From a candidate division WWE3 bacterium CSP1-7 (lineage in GTDB: Bacteria; Patescibacteriota; WWE3; 9FT-COMBO-53-11): a stretch of DNA of 64,000 nucleotides. Location of the stretch: assembly GCA_001443395.1 (NCBI GenBank), contig LDXK01000001.1:158313-222312 (forward strand). The letters run 5' to 3'. Of this stretch, positions 18,414 through 27,581 are shown piece by piece; position 1 is the stretch's first letter, and each line of letters begins with the position of its first letter. Below the pieces are notes generated by a model, which made no database searches, was not told where the DNA came from, and saw nothing but the letters and a program-made list of their open reading frames with translations. Made by a program: the position numbers and the translations under genes.

Positions 18414-19412
18414 CTAATATCCAAGTGCTTTGAGGCCGGGGAGTTCTTTGCCGGCGAGAAATTCCAGCATCGCTCCCCCGCCCATCGAAACGTACCCCAT
18501 TTTTTCAAGCAGGCCGAAGGCCGAAAGTGCCGCAATCGTGTCCCCTCCGCCGACAATCGTCTTGCCAGGATGCTCGGCCAAGGACTTCGCCACCGCTCTC
18601 GTTCCCGCGGCATACTTATCATCCTCCCACTTACCCATTGGTCCGTTCCAAACCACCGTCTTTGCGTTCTTGACTATTTCGGTAAACTTCTTCTCGGTTT
18701 CCGGCCCGATATCAAAAGTCTCAACGGCGTCTACCGGGAAAACGGCCCGGGTGATTTTTCTCAAACTCTGGTCAAACATCAGGAGACCCCCGAGGAGAAC
18801 AGAATCGGCCACTTCCGCAAAGTTGGAAACCAGCGGCGCTTTCGTCTCGGTTTTTGCCCCTCCCAGGATAAAAACCAGCGGCCGTTCCGGATTTTCCAGC
18901 ACTCCGCCAAGTTCTTTTACTTCTTCCGCCAACCGCAAACCGGCATAGGCCGGAAGGTGCTGCGGAACGCCGGCGATCGAGGCGTGAGCGCGATGAGAAG
19001 CGGCAAAGGAATCATTGACGTAAAGGTCGCCCAGCTCCGCCAATTCCTGGGCAAATTTCGGATCGTTTTCTTCCTCGCCCTCCCAAAAACGCAAGTTCTC
19101 CAAAACCGATGCCCGATTCTCCGATTCTCCAATTCTCAAATCCTCAAAAAACCCCACCTTTTCCCCAAGTTCTTTTGAAAACCAATCCGCAATCGGTTTT
19201 AAAGACAGGGCGGGATTAAGCTTCCCCTCGGGGCGTCCGGCGTGGCCAATGATCAAAACCTGCGCTCGATTCTCCAACAAATAATTGAGAGTAGGAACAA
19301 GGGCTTTGATACGATAATCCTCTCCCACCTCCCCGTCTTTGATCGGTACGTCAAGATCACCTCGCAGCAGAACCCGCTTTCCCGAAAGTTCCGCCTCTTT
19401 AAGGATTTTCAT
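18414..19412 (-). CDS. pgk: Phosphoglycerate kinase
   Basis: LENLRF, HRAHAS, GGAK, WNGPMG, GGGDT, GGGAMLE. Confidence 0.95.
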   Translation of the reverse strand: MKILKEAELSGKRVLLRGDLDVPIKDGEVGEDYRIKALVPTLNYLLENRAQVLIIGHAGRPEGKLNPALSLKPIADWFSKELGEKVGFFEDLRIGESENRASVLENLRFWEGEEENDPKFAQELAELGDLYVNDSFAASHRAHASIAGVPQHLPAYAGLRLAEEVKELGGVLENPERPLVFILGGAKTETKAPLVSNFAEVADSVLLGGLLMFDQSLRKITRAVFPVDAVETFDIGPETEKKFTEIVKNAKTVVWNGPMGKWEDDKYAAGTRAVAKSLAEHPGKTIVGGGDTIAALSAFGLLEKMGYVSMGGGAMLEFLAGKELPGLKALGY

Positions 19413-20043
19413 TTCCTTCCTGATTTTCCTCGGTAATAAATCGCAGACTCTTTCCCATTTCTTCAAAGATCACCGCGTAATCCGCTTCGCCGTATTTATT
19501 CCAAGCCAGTGTGAAATCATTCTCTCCTTTTGCAAAGAAGATGATTTCTTTTTCAGGAGTGGTAATTCGTTCACCATAGATATCGTTGGCAAAGAAACTG
19601 CAGGCGGATTGGTCGCTCTCGCAGGCGGTTTTACCGCGAGCGGCGTTGGAGGACACGGACAGGCTGACATAGTCTTTCGGCAAGATCTCGCCTTCCTGTT
19701 GAGCTTTCGGTTGAAAAGTTATCAAAGAGGTATTGGCTTCGGTTGCCTCCCAATTATCAGGGTAGCGAAGGCCCAGACCGTGAGTTTCGCTGCGGTACAC
19801 CAACCAGTTTTCGTAGGGATTGGGACCGGCTAGGAAAGAGGCAGGAACATAGCGCTGCCAGAGCACCACCGCCAGATAGCCGGCGGAAAAAACCACCGCG
19901 GTTGCCAGGATGAAAAGGAGGGCAAGGCCAGCCCTTCGCCAAGTAACTCGGCGTTTGGGCTTGGTCTCAATCTCTTTTGATTCGTAAGACCTCTTGACGG
20001 AATCGGTAGCTTTTTCCTCCTCGCCAGAGATTTCGGAATCCAC
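19399..20043 (-). CDS. Membrane-anchored hypothetical protein
   Basis: Single TM, W..Y.....G....YP..W motif. Confidence 0.65.
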   Translation of the reverse strand: MDSEISGEEEKATDSVKRSYESKEIETKPKRRVTWRRAGLALLFILATAVVFSAGYLAVVLWQRYVPASFLAGPNPYENWLVYRSETHGLGLRYPDNWEATEANTSLITFQPKAQQEGEILPKDYVSLSVSSNAARGKTACESDQSACSFFANDIYGERITTPEKEIIFFAKGENDFTLAWNKYGEADYAVIFEEMGKSLRFITEENQEGNENP

Positions 20044-20066
20044 AAAAATAGAGTAGCATTTAGAGT

Positions 20067-20210
20067 GTGTTTAAATTCGTCCGCGAATCGGGATTGGTGC
20101 AGCTGATACTGTTGATCGCAATCGGAGTGATTCTCTATTACAACTGGCCCAAAATCTGGGAGGGAGTGATCGTAATTCTCAATAATCTGCAGACGAGATT
20201 TAAGCTTTAA
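20067..20210 (+). CDS. Small membrane protein (47 aa)
   Basis: GTG start; MFKFVRESGLVQLILLIAIGVILYYNWPKIWEG; TAGCAT -10-like hexamer upstream. Confidence 0.5.
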   Translation: MFKFVRESGLVQLILLIAIGVILYYNWPKIWEGVIVILNNLQTRFKL

Positions 20211-20254
20211 TCAGACTTCCGACCCGGATCACGTGCTCGACTAGCGCGTTTGAG
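20200..20254 (-). repeat. Displaced second copy of gap 3' end (SNALVEHVIRVGSLIKA*)
   Basis: 55 nt collinear with 20310-20364, mostly third-position differences. Confidence 0.88.
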
Positions 20255-20364
20255 GACGGCTTGCCTGCGGCAAACCTAGCTCCGCTGAATTTTGGATACC
20301 AAACTAAACCTACTTGGAGATTAGATTTCCAACCCGGACGACGTGTTCAACCAGTGCAGCGGAG
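20255..20364 (-). mobile_element. Family-A element supplying the current gap 3' end
   Basis: GACGG-CTTGCCTGCGGCAAA-CCTAG-CTCCGCTG...CAGCGGAG. Confidence 0.8.
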
Positions 20365-21323
20365 TAGCCCCACTCATTATCGTACCAAGCAAGAACTTTA
20401 ACCAAATCGCCGTCCACCACCCGCGTCATTGCCAGATCGACAATTGAGGCGTGCGGATCTTTGATGATATCCGAGGAAACGATCGGATCTTCCGTCACTG
20501 CCAGGACCTTTTCCCAGCGGGGGTCTTGGGAGGCATCCTTAAGGATCTTGTTGACCTCCACCACGGAGGTCTTGCGTTTGGCCAAAAATGTAAAGTCCAC
20601 AATCGAACCGCAGACCACCGGGACTCGCAGCGCAATTCCATCGAAGAGGCCCTCCAAACCATTGAGAGACTTGACGACCGACTCCGCCGCTCCGGTGGAA
20701 GATGGAACAATGTTCATCGCCGCTGCCCTTCCCCGCCGGGGATCTTTGGTGGCCGGCCCATCCACCAAACTCTGCGTCGCAGTGTAACCGTGGGCGGTGT
20801 TAAGCATTCCCTTGATCACGCCGATTTTTTCCATCATCACCGCCGCCACGGGAACGGCCGCGTTGGTGGTGCAGGAAGCGTTGCAGGTCACCAGCGGAAG
20901 ATCGCCTGTGAAGAGCGCATCGTTGGCGCCAATGAGGGCGTAGGGCACATTCCCCTTGGCCGGAGCGGTGATGACCACCCGCTTGGCGCCGGCCTTGATA
21001 TGCTTTTCGGCCTCTTCAAGTTCATCGAACCGGCCGGTGGATTCAACGACAACATCAATATCCATCTCTTTCCAAGGCAAAAGTCCGGGGTCTTTTTCGG
21101 AAAGGATTTTGATCTTTTTGCCACCGACTACCAAGCTTCCGTCAGAGATCTTAACTTCCTTGTCGTAGCGCCCGTAAACAGTGTCGTAGCGCAGAAGGTA
21201 GGCCAGTGTCTCCGGCTCGCCCAGGTCGTTGATCGCCACAAATTCAAGCTCCGGCCGCTCAAAGGCAATTTTGAAAAAGGCCCGACCGATCCGGCCGAAG
21301 CCGTTAATCGCAACTCGGGTCAC
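20310..21323 (-). CDS. gap: Type I glyceraldehyde-3-phosphate dehydrogenase
   Basis: INGFGRIGR, NASCTTN, WYDNEWGY. Confidence 0.97.
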   Translation of the reverse strand: MTRVAINGFGRIGRAFFKIAFERPELEFVAINDLGEPETLAYLLRYDTVYGRYDKEVKISDGSLVVGGKKIKILSEKDPGLLPWKEMDIDVVVESTGRFDELEEAEKHIKAGAKRVVITAPAKGNVPYALIGANDALFTGDLPLVTCNASCTTNAAVPVAAVMMEKIGVIKGMLNTAHGYTATQSLVDGPATKDPRRGRAAAMNIVPSSTGAAESVVKSLNGLEGLFDGIALRVPVVCGSIVDFTFLAKRKTSVVEVNKILKDASQDPRWEKVLAVTEDPIVSSDIIKDPHASIVDLAMTRVVDGDLVKVLAWYDNEWGYSAALVEHVVRVGNLISK

Positions 21324-21586
21324 AGCTGTTCCTCCACCCACCGTTTGAACTCCTCTTTAGGACGGGCGCCGGTGGTTCGCGCCACTTCCTTGCCATCTTT
21401 TTCAATCACGTAGGTGGGGATCGACATCACGCCGTACTTTTGGGCCATCTCACCCTGAGCATCCACATCGTATGCCACAAATTCCGCCTTGCCGGCGAGT
21501 TCTTTTTCCAGCTCCTCAATCGTGGGTTTCATCACATTGCAGGGTGGACACCAAGTCGCCCAAAAATCCAAAACTTTAACCGCCAT
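21320..21586 (-). CDS. trxA: Thioredoxin
   Basis: DFWATWCPPC, SIPT. Confidence 0.9.
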   Translation of the reverse strand: MAVKVLDFWATWCPPCNVMKPTIEELEKELAGKAEFVAYDVDAQGEMAQKYGVMSIPTYVIEKDGKEVARTTGARPKEEFKRWVEEQL

Positions 21587-21658
21587 TTCAACTTTAAGAT
21601 AGCAAAAATAGCCAATAGGAATGCTGTCCGAGCGCAAAACCTGTGTTACGATAATCGC

Positions 21659-23491
21659 GTGGAAGCTCTTCTCTCCTCCCTAAATCCGCAACAACAGGCC
21701 GCCGTCCGCTGCGCCGACGGCCCCTCGCTAATCGTCGCCGGGCCGGGGTCGGGAAAGACCCGCGTCCTCACTCACAAAATCGCCCACCTGATTCGAAACG
21801 AAGGAATTCCCTCCCACCAAATCCTCGCCGTTACTTTCACCAACAAAGCCGCCGACGAGATGCGCGAGAGGGTGGAAAAACTACTGAGCGACTCAACGGA
21901 GGGACGGCCGGAGTCGTTAATTCCATGGATGGGAACCTTTCATTCCATCTGCGCCCGCATCCTGCGACGGGAAGGAACGGAGATCGGTATCCCGGCCAGC
22001 TTTATCATCTACGACGAAAACGACCAGCGCGATCTCATCAAAGATATTCTTAAATTGATCGGCCGCGGTGAAGAGCGTTTCTCGCCGGGAGGGGTCTCGG
22101 CCGCCATCTCCCAAGCCAAGAACGAAATGATCAGTCCCGAAACATATCAAGAGATGGCGGAAGGAAACTTTCAACAGGCGGTGGCGGAAATCTATCCCCG
22201 CTACCAAGAAAGGGTCAAAAAGGCCGGGGGGCTTGATTTTGACGACCTGCTGCTGGAAACAGCCCGGCTTTTCCAAGAGCGCCCGGCGATCCTGGCGCGC
22301 TGGCAGAAATCTTTCCGACACGTTCTAGTGGATGAATACCAAGACACCAATCGCGTCCAGTACCTGCTGGTGCGGCTTCTCTCCAAGACCCACCACAACC
22401 TTACCGTCGTGGGCGACATGTCCCAAGCAATTTATTCCTGGCGGGGAGCAGACTTCCGGAACCTCCTCCGCTTTCAACAAGATTATCCCCAAGCGCAGAT
22501 TTTTCACCTCGCCCAAAACTACCGCTCCACCAAGCGAATTCTCTTGGCGGCGCGCTCGCTAATCGAGCACAACCGCACCCACATTCCGCTGGAACTCTGG
22601 ACCGATAATGAGGAAGGGCTCCCGGTCGTGCTCTACGCCGCGGACAACGAGCTCGACGAAGCCTTCTATCTCTCCACGCAAATCTCCGCTCTGCTTTCAA
22701 ATGGGAACGCCAGGAACTTCACCGACTTCGCCGTCCTCTACCGCACCAACGCCCAATCGCGGGTCCTGGAAGAAGTTTTTATGCGCGGCGGAATTCCCTA
22801 CCTCCTGATCGGCGGCACCAAATTCTATGAGAGAAAAGAAGTCAAGGACATTCTGGCTTATCTCCGTCTCCTGCTAAATCCGCAGGACCAGCTGAGTCGG
22901 GAGCGGGCCGAAAAAGTCGGCAAAAGGCGACTCGCTGGCCTGAACGCCTCCGACCGGGACGAGCTGGTGGCGCTTCCTCCCGCTCAGATGATTCAAAAAA
23001 TTCTTCAACTCACCGAATACTTGGGATACCTGGATGACGGTTCGGAGGAAGGCCAATCACGGGTCGAGAACGTCAAGGAGCTCTCATCGGTCGCCGCTTC
23101 CTTTGGGTCCCTGCCGGAGTTCCTTCAGCACGTGGCGCTGGTCCAACCCACCGACGCCCTTTCCCGCCGGATCCGGCGGGACTCGGTCTCGCTGATGACG
23201 CTCCACTCCGCCAAAGGGTTGGAATTTCCCTACGTCTTCATCACGGGGTTGGAGGAGGGATTGCTCCCCCACGCCCGCAGCTTGGGCAGCACCGAAGAAA
23301 TCGAGGAGGAACGCCGGCTCTGCTACGTCGGAGTAACTCGAGCGAAAAAACAGCTCCATCTCTGCTTTGCGCGCGAGCGCCTGCTCTTCGGGTCCCGTTC
23401 CGAGAACCTGCCGTCCCGTTTTCTCAATGAGATCGGCGAGGAAAACATGTTGATGCATCTCTCTCAAGGAGGACTGGCCGATGAGTTTTAA
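21659..23491 (+). CDS. uvrD: UvrD/PcrA SF1 DNA helicase
   Basis: AGPGSGKT, DEYQD, NYRS, TLHSAKGLEF, EERRL. Confidence 0.93.
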   Translation: MEALLSSLNPQQQAAVRCADGPSLIVAGPGSGKTRVLTHKIAHLIRNEGIPSHQILAVTFTNKAADEMRERVEKLLSDSTEGRPESLIPWMGTFHSICARILRREGTEIGIPASFIIYDENDQRDLIKDILKLIGRGEERFSPGGVSAAISQAKNEMISPETYQEMAEGNFQQAVAEIYPRYQERVKKAGGLDFDDLLLETARLFQERPAILARWQKSFRHVLVDEYQDTNRVQYLLVRLLSKTHHNLTVVGDMSQAIYSWRGADFRNLLRFQQDYPQAQIFHLAQNYRSTKRILLAARSLIEHNRTHIPLELWTDNEEGLPVVLYAADNELDEAFYLSTQISALLSNGNARNFTDFAVLYRTNAQSRVLEEVFMRGGIPYLLIGGTKFYERKEVKDILAYLRLLLNPQDQLSRERAEKVGKRRLAGLNASDRDELVALPPAQMIQKILQLTEYLGYLDDGSEEGQSRVENVKELSSVAASFGSLPEFLQHVALVQPTDALSRRIRRDSVSLMTLHSAKGLEFPYVFITGLEEGLLPHARSLGSTEEIEEERRLCYVGVTRAKKQLHLCFARERLLFGSRSENLPSRFLNEIGEENMLMHLSQGGLADEF

Positions 23492-24008
23492 CCCCCAAAT
23501 TAGAGAGGGGGTGGCGGCCGCCGCCGTCCACTCGGTGCTGATCCTTCTCCTCGCGGGAGGAGTGGGTTATCTTTTCAGCCAATTTGAGCAAATTGAAAAG
23601 CAAAACATTCCGGTCTTGGCGACGGCGACCAATTGCCCCGGGAAAAAATCGAATTATCCCCTCGTTTATAAAGAAAAACTTCCCAATGGAAAAACGGTTT
23701 CCTTCCGCTACAACTGTGTCCAATCCGGTTTTCTGGCCACTTCTTACGACGGCAACTGCAAAGGATGTAGCGGCCGAACCCGCCTTACCAACGAGTCGGT
23801 CACCTGGGGAGTTTGCGCCGTGGACACCGACGTGATCCGCCCCTACAAGGACACCCGCTCCAAGTTTTACGTCCCCGGCTACGGCCCTTGCAAGGCGGCG
23901 GATACGGGAGGAGCAGTTAAAGGAAAAATGATTGATTTGGGATTTGAAGATATTTCTAAAGGCTGGTGGAGCCGAAGATACACAGACATATACACTTTTG
24001 TCGAGTAA
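23481..24008 (+). CDS. 3D-domain peptidoglycan-active protein
   Basis: AVD, ADTGGAVKG, IDL; N-terminal TM. Confidence 0.8.
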   Translation: MSFNPQIREGVAAAAVHSVLILLLAGGVGYLFSQFEQIEKQNIPVLATATNCPGKKSNYPLVYKEKLPNGKTVSFRYNCVQSGFLATSYDGNCKGCSGRTRLTNESVTWGVCAVDTDVIRPYKDTRSKFYVPGYGPCKAADTGGAVKGKMIDLGFEDISKGWWSRRYTDIYTFVE

Positions 24009-24102
24009 CATATACCCGGCTCTATCATAGTATACTATATATAGTATAACCTTACCAAATGAAAAGAGGCGGTGTGGGAAGGCACCGCCTAGTAGTTCAG
24101 TG

Positions 24103-24519
24103 TTAAGAACTGAAATTTTTGCGCTGAATTGTAATGTCCGCGTCGAACTTGGCCCCCAGCTTCCCCAAGAGTTTTGAGAGCTCCCGCTCTTCCTCTTGAT
24201 TCGGCTTAAGCCAATAGAAGACCCGGAGGACGCGTTCGGCTTCGAGCAATGTTCCCCCCAATGTCAGCATCCTTGCATTGTTCTTTTTCCGCCAGATCTT
24301 GATCGATCGATACAACTCGTTGTCCAGGAGCGGAAAGAGCTGATTCCGGGCGGCGAAGATGCGGTGCTCGAGAAGATCCCGCTCATCTGAGAGTCGGTTG
24401 AAACGCACCGCCATGCTTACCAACAGCACCATTGCGAGCACGAAGAGCCCGAACCAAATCCAAGCAGCCACGACTTTCTCTCCTTGCCAGCCGGCGTTGC
24501 CTTGTTCCTTTCTTCCCAA
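24103..24519 (-). CDS. Hypothetical single-TM protein
   Basis: ORF with TM segment; start uncertain. Confidence 0.5.
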   Translation of the reverse strand: MGRKEQGNAGWQGEKVVAAWIWFGLFVLAMVLLVSMAVRFNRLSDERDLLEHRIFAARNQLFPLLDNELYRSIKIWRKKNNARMLTLGGTLLEAERVLRVFYWLKPNQEEERELSKLLGKLGAKFDADITIQRKNFSS

Positions 24520-24625
24520 AGGAACGTTGCCTTGCCGGAGGCGTTGAGCTGAATGCGCCGGGTGCGCAATCGTTTTAATTATATCTCGCTATAGGACTAA
24601 GTCAAAGAAGCTATAATTTGGACGG

Positions 24626-25417
24626 ATGGCAAAAAAGTCTCTTGGCCAAAATTTCTTGGTTGATCAGAGAGCTGTTCAAGACCTAGTGGAGACGGCCGGG
24701 GTTAGAAAAGATGACGCCGTTCTGGAGGTTGGAGCCGGAACCGGCGTGGTTACCTTAGAACTTGCAAAACGGGGCGGCAAAATTATCGCCGTCGAGTTTG
24801 ATCGCGATCTAATCCCCACTCTCCGCGAAAACCTGAAAGAATTCCAGAACGTTGAGATCATCAACGCTGATATTCTCTCCCTAGACCTTATACCCTATAC
24901 CCTATCCCCTAGCTTTAAGATCGTCGGCGCCATTCCCTACCAAATCACTTCTCCACTGATTCACAAGATTTTGCACTCTCCCCACCGGCCGAAATCGATT
25001 ACCTTTATAGTTCAAAAGGAGGTGGCCGAAAAGATAGCGGCGGCGGCGCCTGATGCCACCTATCTCTCCAATTTTGTCGCCAATTTCGGCGAAGCGCAGG
25101 TTGTCAAGACCATCAAACCGGGGGCCTTCTCTCCCCAACCGAAAGTGGACTCCGCAATTATTCATATCGAACTCTATCCCAAACCAAAAATCGGGGATGC
25201 GGTGAAGCTGGAGAAATTCCTTCACCACGGTTTTGCCCAACCGCGCAAGATGCTGCACCATCGGTTCGAAGCCGGAATATTGGCGGGATCAAAAATACCG
25301 CTACAGGCCCGGCCGGCTCACCTATCAAGGGAGGACTGGCGCAATCTCTATCGGGAACTTTCGATGACGAGGGAGCGTAGCAAAACCCGTCGCGGCGACG
25401 GAACCTGGCGAAGTTAG
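24626..25417 (+). CDS. rsmA: 16S rRNA dimethyltransferase RsmA/KsgA
   Basis: KKSLGQNFL, EVGAGTG, IPYQIT, PKVDS. Confidence 0.95.
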   Translation: MAKKSLGQNFLVDQRAVQDLVETAGVRKDDAVLEVGAGTGVVTLELAKRGGKIIAVEFDRDLIPTLRENLKEFQNVEIINADILSLDLIPYTLSPSFKIVGAIPYQITSPLIHKILHSPHRPKSITFIVQKEVAEKIAAAAPDATYLSNFVANFGEAQVVKTIKPGAFSPQPKVDSAIIHIELYPKPKIGDAVKLEKFLHHGFAQPRKMLHHRFEAGILAGSKIPLQARPAHLSREDWRNLYRELSMTRERSKTRRGDGTWRS

Positions 25418-25474
25418 TGCTGCCCTTCGCTAACGCTCAGGTTGCAATAATTACTCGCTGGCGCTGCGTCATTA
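25417..25474 (-). mobile_element. Family-B element between convergent stop codons
   Basis: Minus strand AC|TAAT..ATTA-TTGCAACCTGAGCGTTAGCGAAGGGCAGCAC|TAA; TTAGT duplicated on both sides. Confidence 0.75.
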
Positions 25475-26485
25475 GTACCTCCTAACTAATCGACGAATCT
25501 TTTCAGCTCCAAAAACCGCCCAATACTTGGGGGTAAGCGGGTAATCCCAGACACCGGTGTAATCCACCTGATAGCCGCCGAATCCCTTCTTGAATAAGGA
25601 ATAGTCGTACCAAGGGTGGCGGGGATCATCGTTCGGGGCAATTCCCCAAAAATCAAAGTAGCGGTAGCCATCCTTTTTCGCCTCCTTGATAATCTCCCAG
25701 AGAAGGAAGTATGAGATTGGAACGTTCGATCGAACGGATGCGTCGTGAACATAAGTAACCGTGTCCCCGTACGAAAAAGTGATTGCGGCGGAAAGGACAT
25801 CCCCCTGGTAATTCGCCCAAACCAGCTCGGCTATCCCGCGAGGAGCAAGAGTTTCGAATTGGGCTTGCAGGTACCGGCGGGCTTGTGGCACAAAATTTTG
25901 CCGGCGTTTTGCAACACCCATCAGCCGGTGGAATTCCTCCATCTTCCGCGGATCGGCGCTGCGGTGGATCTCCATCCCCAGGCCCTCGGCGCTTCTCACC
26001 AGATAGCGCGTGGTCTTGCGCATCTGCGCCAAAAGGTCTTCTTCCGAAAGGGAAAGGTCCAAAAGTAGCGATACGCCCCCGGCCTGGCTGGTCACCACCT
26101 GCGCCCGGCGGTAACCTTCTTCCCGAAAAAGTTCCTCAATATCCAGATTGGCTTCCCAGTGCGGCTCAACCCTCAGGTAATCCACCTTTTCTCCCGCGGC
26201 AAAATTCCGGAGATACTTCAGAGTCTCTTGGGCGCGCCCGCTCTCGAAAGATTTTAAGATCGGTCCCCGCGGCACGTAAACAAAACTCCCCAGCTTCCGC
26301 CGGCCAACCAGCGCCTGGCAAATCCCATCTAACGCCCCGCCCTGGTAAGTCCCAAAACGGTGGTGGGAAAGCCCCAGCTTGTCTTGGAATTCTCCCCAGG
26401 CCCAAGATTGCAGAAAAGAGGTGTGTGGCTGACGGGTTAAAAATTCTTCCCAAGACCTCTCCTCGAGTATTTCTTTAATCTCCAT
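25472..26485 (-). CDS. FemABX-family peptidoglycan bridge peptidyltransferase
   Basis: FLQSWAWG, YVPRGP, TRY, DFWGI, FKKGFGG. Confidence 0.9.
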   Translation of the reverse strand: MEIKEILEERSWEEFLTRQPHTSFLQSWAWGEFQDKLGLSHHRFGTYQGGALDGICQALVGRRKLGSFVYVPRGPILKSFESGRAQETLKYLRNFAAGEKVDYLRVEPHWEANLDIEELFREEGYRRAQVVTSQAGGVSLLLDLSLSEEDLLAQMRKTTRYLVRSAEGLGMEIHRSADPRKMEEFHRLMGVAKRRQNFVPQARRYLQAQFETLAPRGIAELVWANYQGDVLSAAITFSYGDTVTYVHDASVRSNVPISYFLLWEIIKEAKKDGYRYFDFWGIAPNDDPRHPWYDYSLFKKGFGGYQVDYTGVWDYPLTPKYWAVFGAEKIRRLVRRY

Positions 26486-26493
26486 CAGCTACA

Positions 26494-27390
26494 ATGCTAA
26501 CAGAGATGGAACAAGACCTTCGACAGAGCGACGGCTGGGCGGAATACTTGGAATCGCAGGGGTGGTTGGTGGAAAAACTTGGAGGCACAAAGGTCTTTAT
26601 CAGAAAAATCCCGCCCTTCGGCGCAGTCGCCAAGATCCAGCGGCCGGCCAAAATTCCGGTCGTCGCAGAAATCGATCGAATCGCTCGTGAGAATCACGCC
26701 CTGTTCGTAAAGATTGAACCTCTATCGACCGCTAGTAATTTTGAACTATTAACTAATCACGGTTTTGTCCGTGATTCTAGCCCCAATCTCGCGACCAAAA
26801 CAGTTATTCTCGATCTCACTAAAAGCGAGGATGAACTCTGGAAAGATCTCTCCCAAGACGCCCGGCAGAGCGTACGCAAGGCACAGAACAACCACTTACA
26901 GGCGGTGGGCTTCAAGCTGGGAGAACCGGGATTTGATAAAGCGCTGATCGAGTTTCACCAACTCTTGAAAGAAACCGGCCGGCGGGGAAAGTTTTGGACC
27001 CCCACTTTTGACCAACTCCGAAAAAAGGCCGAAATCTTCGGAACGGACGCCGCTCTCTTCCTGGCCTACTCTCAATCCCATACCCCCCTGGCGGGTACCT
27101 TCGTCCTGCTGGATGACGGAACCCACTCCGCCTCATCCCAGGAAGGCCAAGACCTCTACGCTTCCTATTTCCTGCTCTGGGAAACAATCAAAGGACTAAA
27201 GGCCCGGAAAGTAACGCGCTTGGATCTCGCCGGCGTCTACGACCCGCGCTTCCACCGCGCCACCCAGAGTTGGCGGGGATTCACGGCGTTCAAGAAAAAG
27301 TTCGGGGGAAAAGAAGTAGAATACCCTCGACCGCTAATTAAGTACTATCATCCCTTCGTTAAATTTATTTTCAAAATCGCGGGAGCATAG
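26494..27390 (+). CDS. FemABX-family protein (second, divergent)
   Basis: DLRQS..W, LDLT, GFTAFKKKFGG. Confidence 0.85.
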   Translation: MLTEMEQDLRQSDGWAEYLESQGWLVEKLGGTKVFIRKIPPFGAVAKIQRPAKIPVVAEIDRIARENHALFVKIEPLSTASNFELLTNHGFVRDSSPNLATKTVILDLTKSEDELWKDLSQDARQSVRKAQNNHLQAVGFKLGEPGFDKALIEFHQLLKETGRRGKFWTPTFDQLRKKAEIFGTDAALFLAYSQSHTPLAGTFVLLDDGTHSASSQEGQDLYASYFLLWETIKGLKARKVTRLDLAGVYDPRFHRATQSWRGFTAFKKKFGGKEVEYPRPLIKYYHPFVKFIFKIAGA

Positions 27391-27494
27391 TTGCACTATT
27401 GATTATTGGACGGCCGCCTTAGGAGGGCTAAGGATAATCATTGTTTAAAGCTTCGCTTTAACAAATAAGCTCCTCGCTACGCTGCGGGTGCTTA

Positions 27495-27524
27495 TTGACA
27501 TATACCCCCCGGGGGTATTATATT
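27495..27524 (+). promoter_or_regulatory. Sigma70 promoter with CsoR operator
   Basis: TTGACA...TATATT enclosing ATACCCCCCGGGGGTAT (CsoR-type C/G-tract palindrome). Confidence 0.8.
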
Positions 27525-27536
27525 AATGAAGAAATG

Positions 27537-27581
27537 GACGGCTCGATCAAGCGAGCCTAGCATTTTGAAAGAACCAAAATG
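27537..27581 (-). mobile_element. Family-A element rebuilding the csoR ATG
   Basis: GAAATG|GACGG-CTCGATCAAGCGAG-CCTAG-CATTTTG..CAAAATG|AAA. Confidence 0.8.

Noticed and set aside
20067-20210. Flp/type IV pilin call for the small ORF
   Set aside because: ESG followed by a hydrophobic stretch is suggestive, but the conserved Glu+5 is absent
23985-24030. Duplicated C-terminus of the 3D gene (ACATATAC twice)
   Set aside because: Only about 8 nt match and no element core is present
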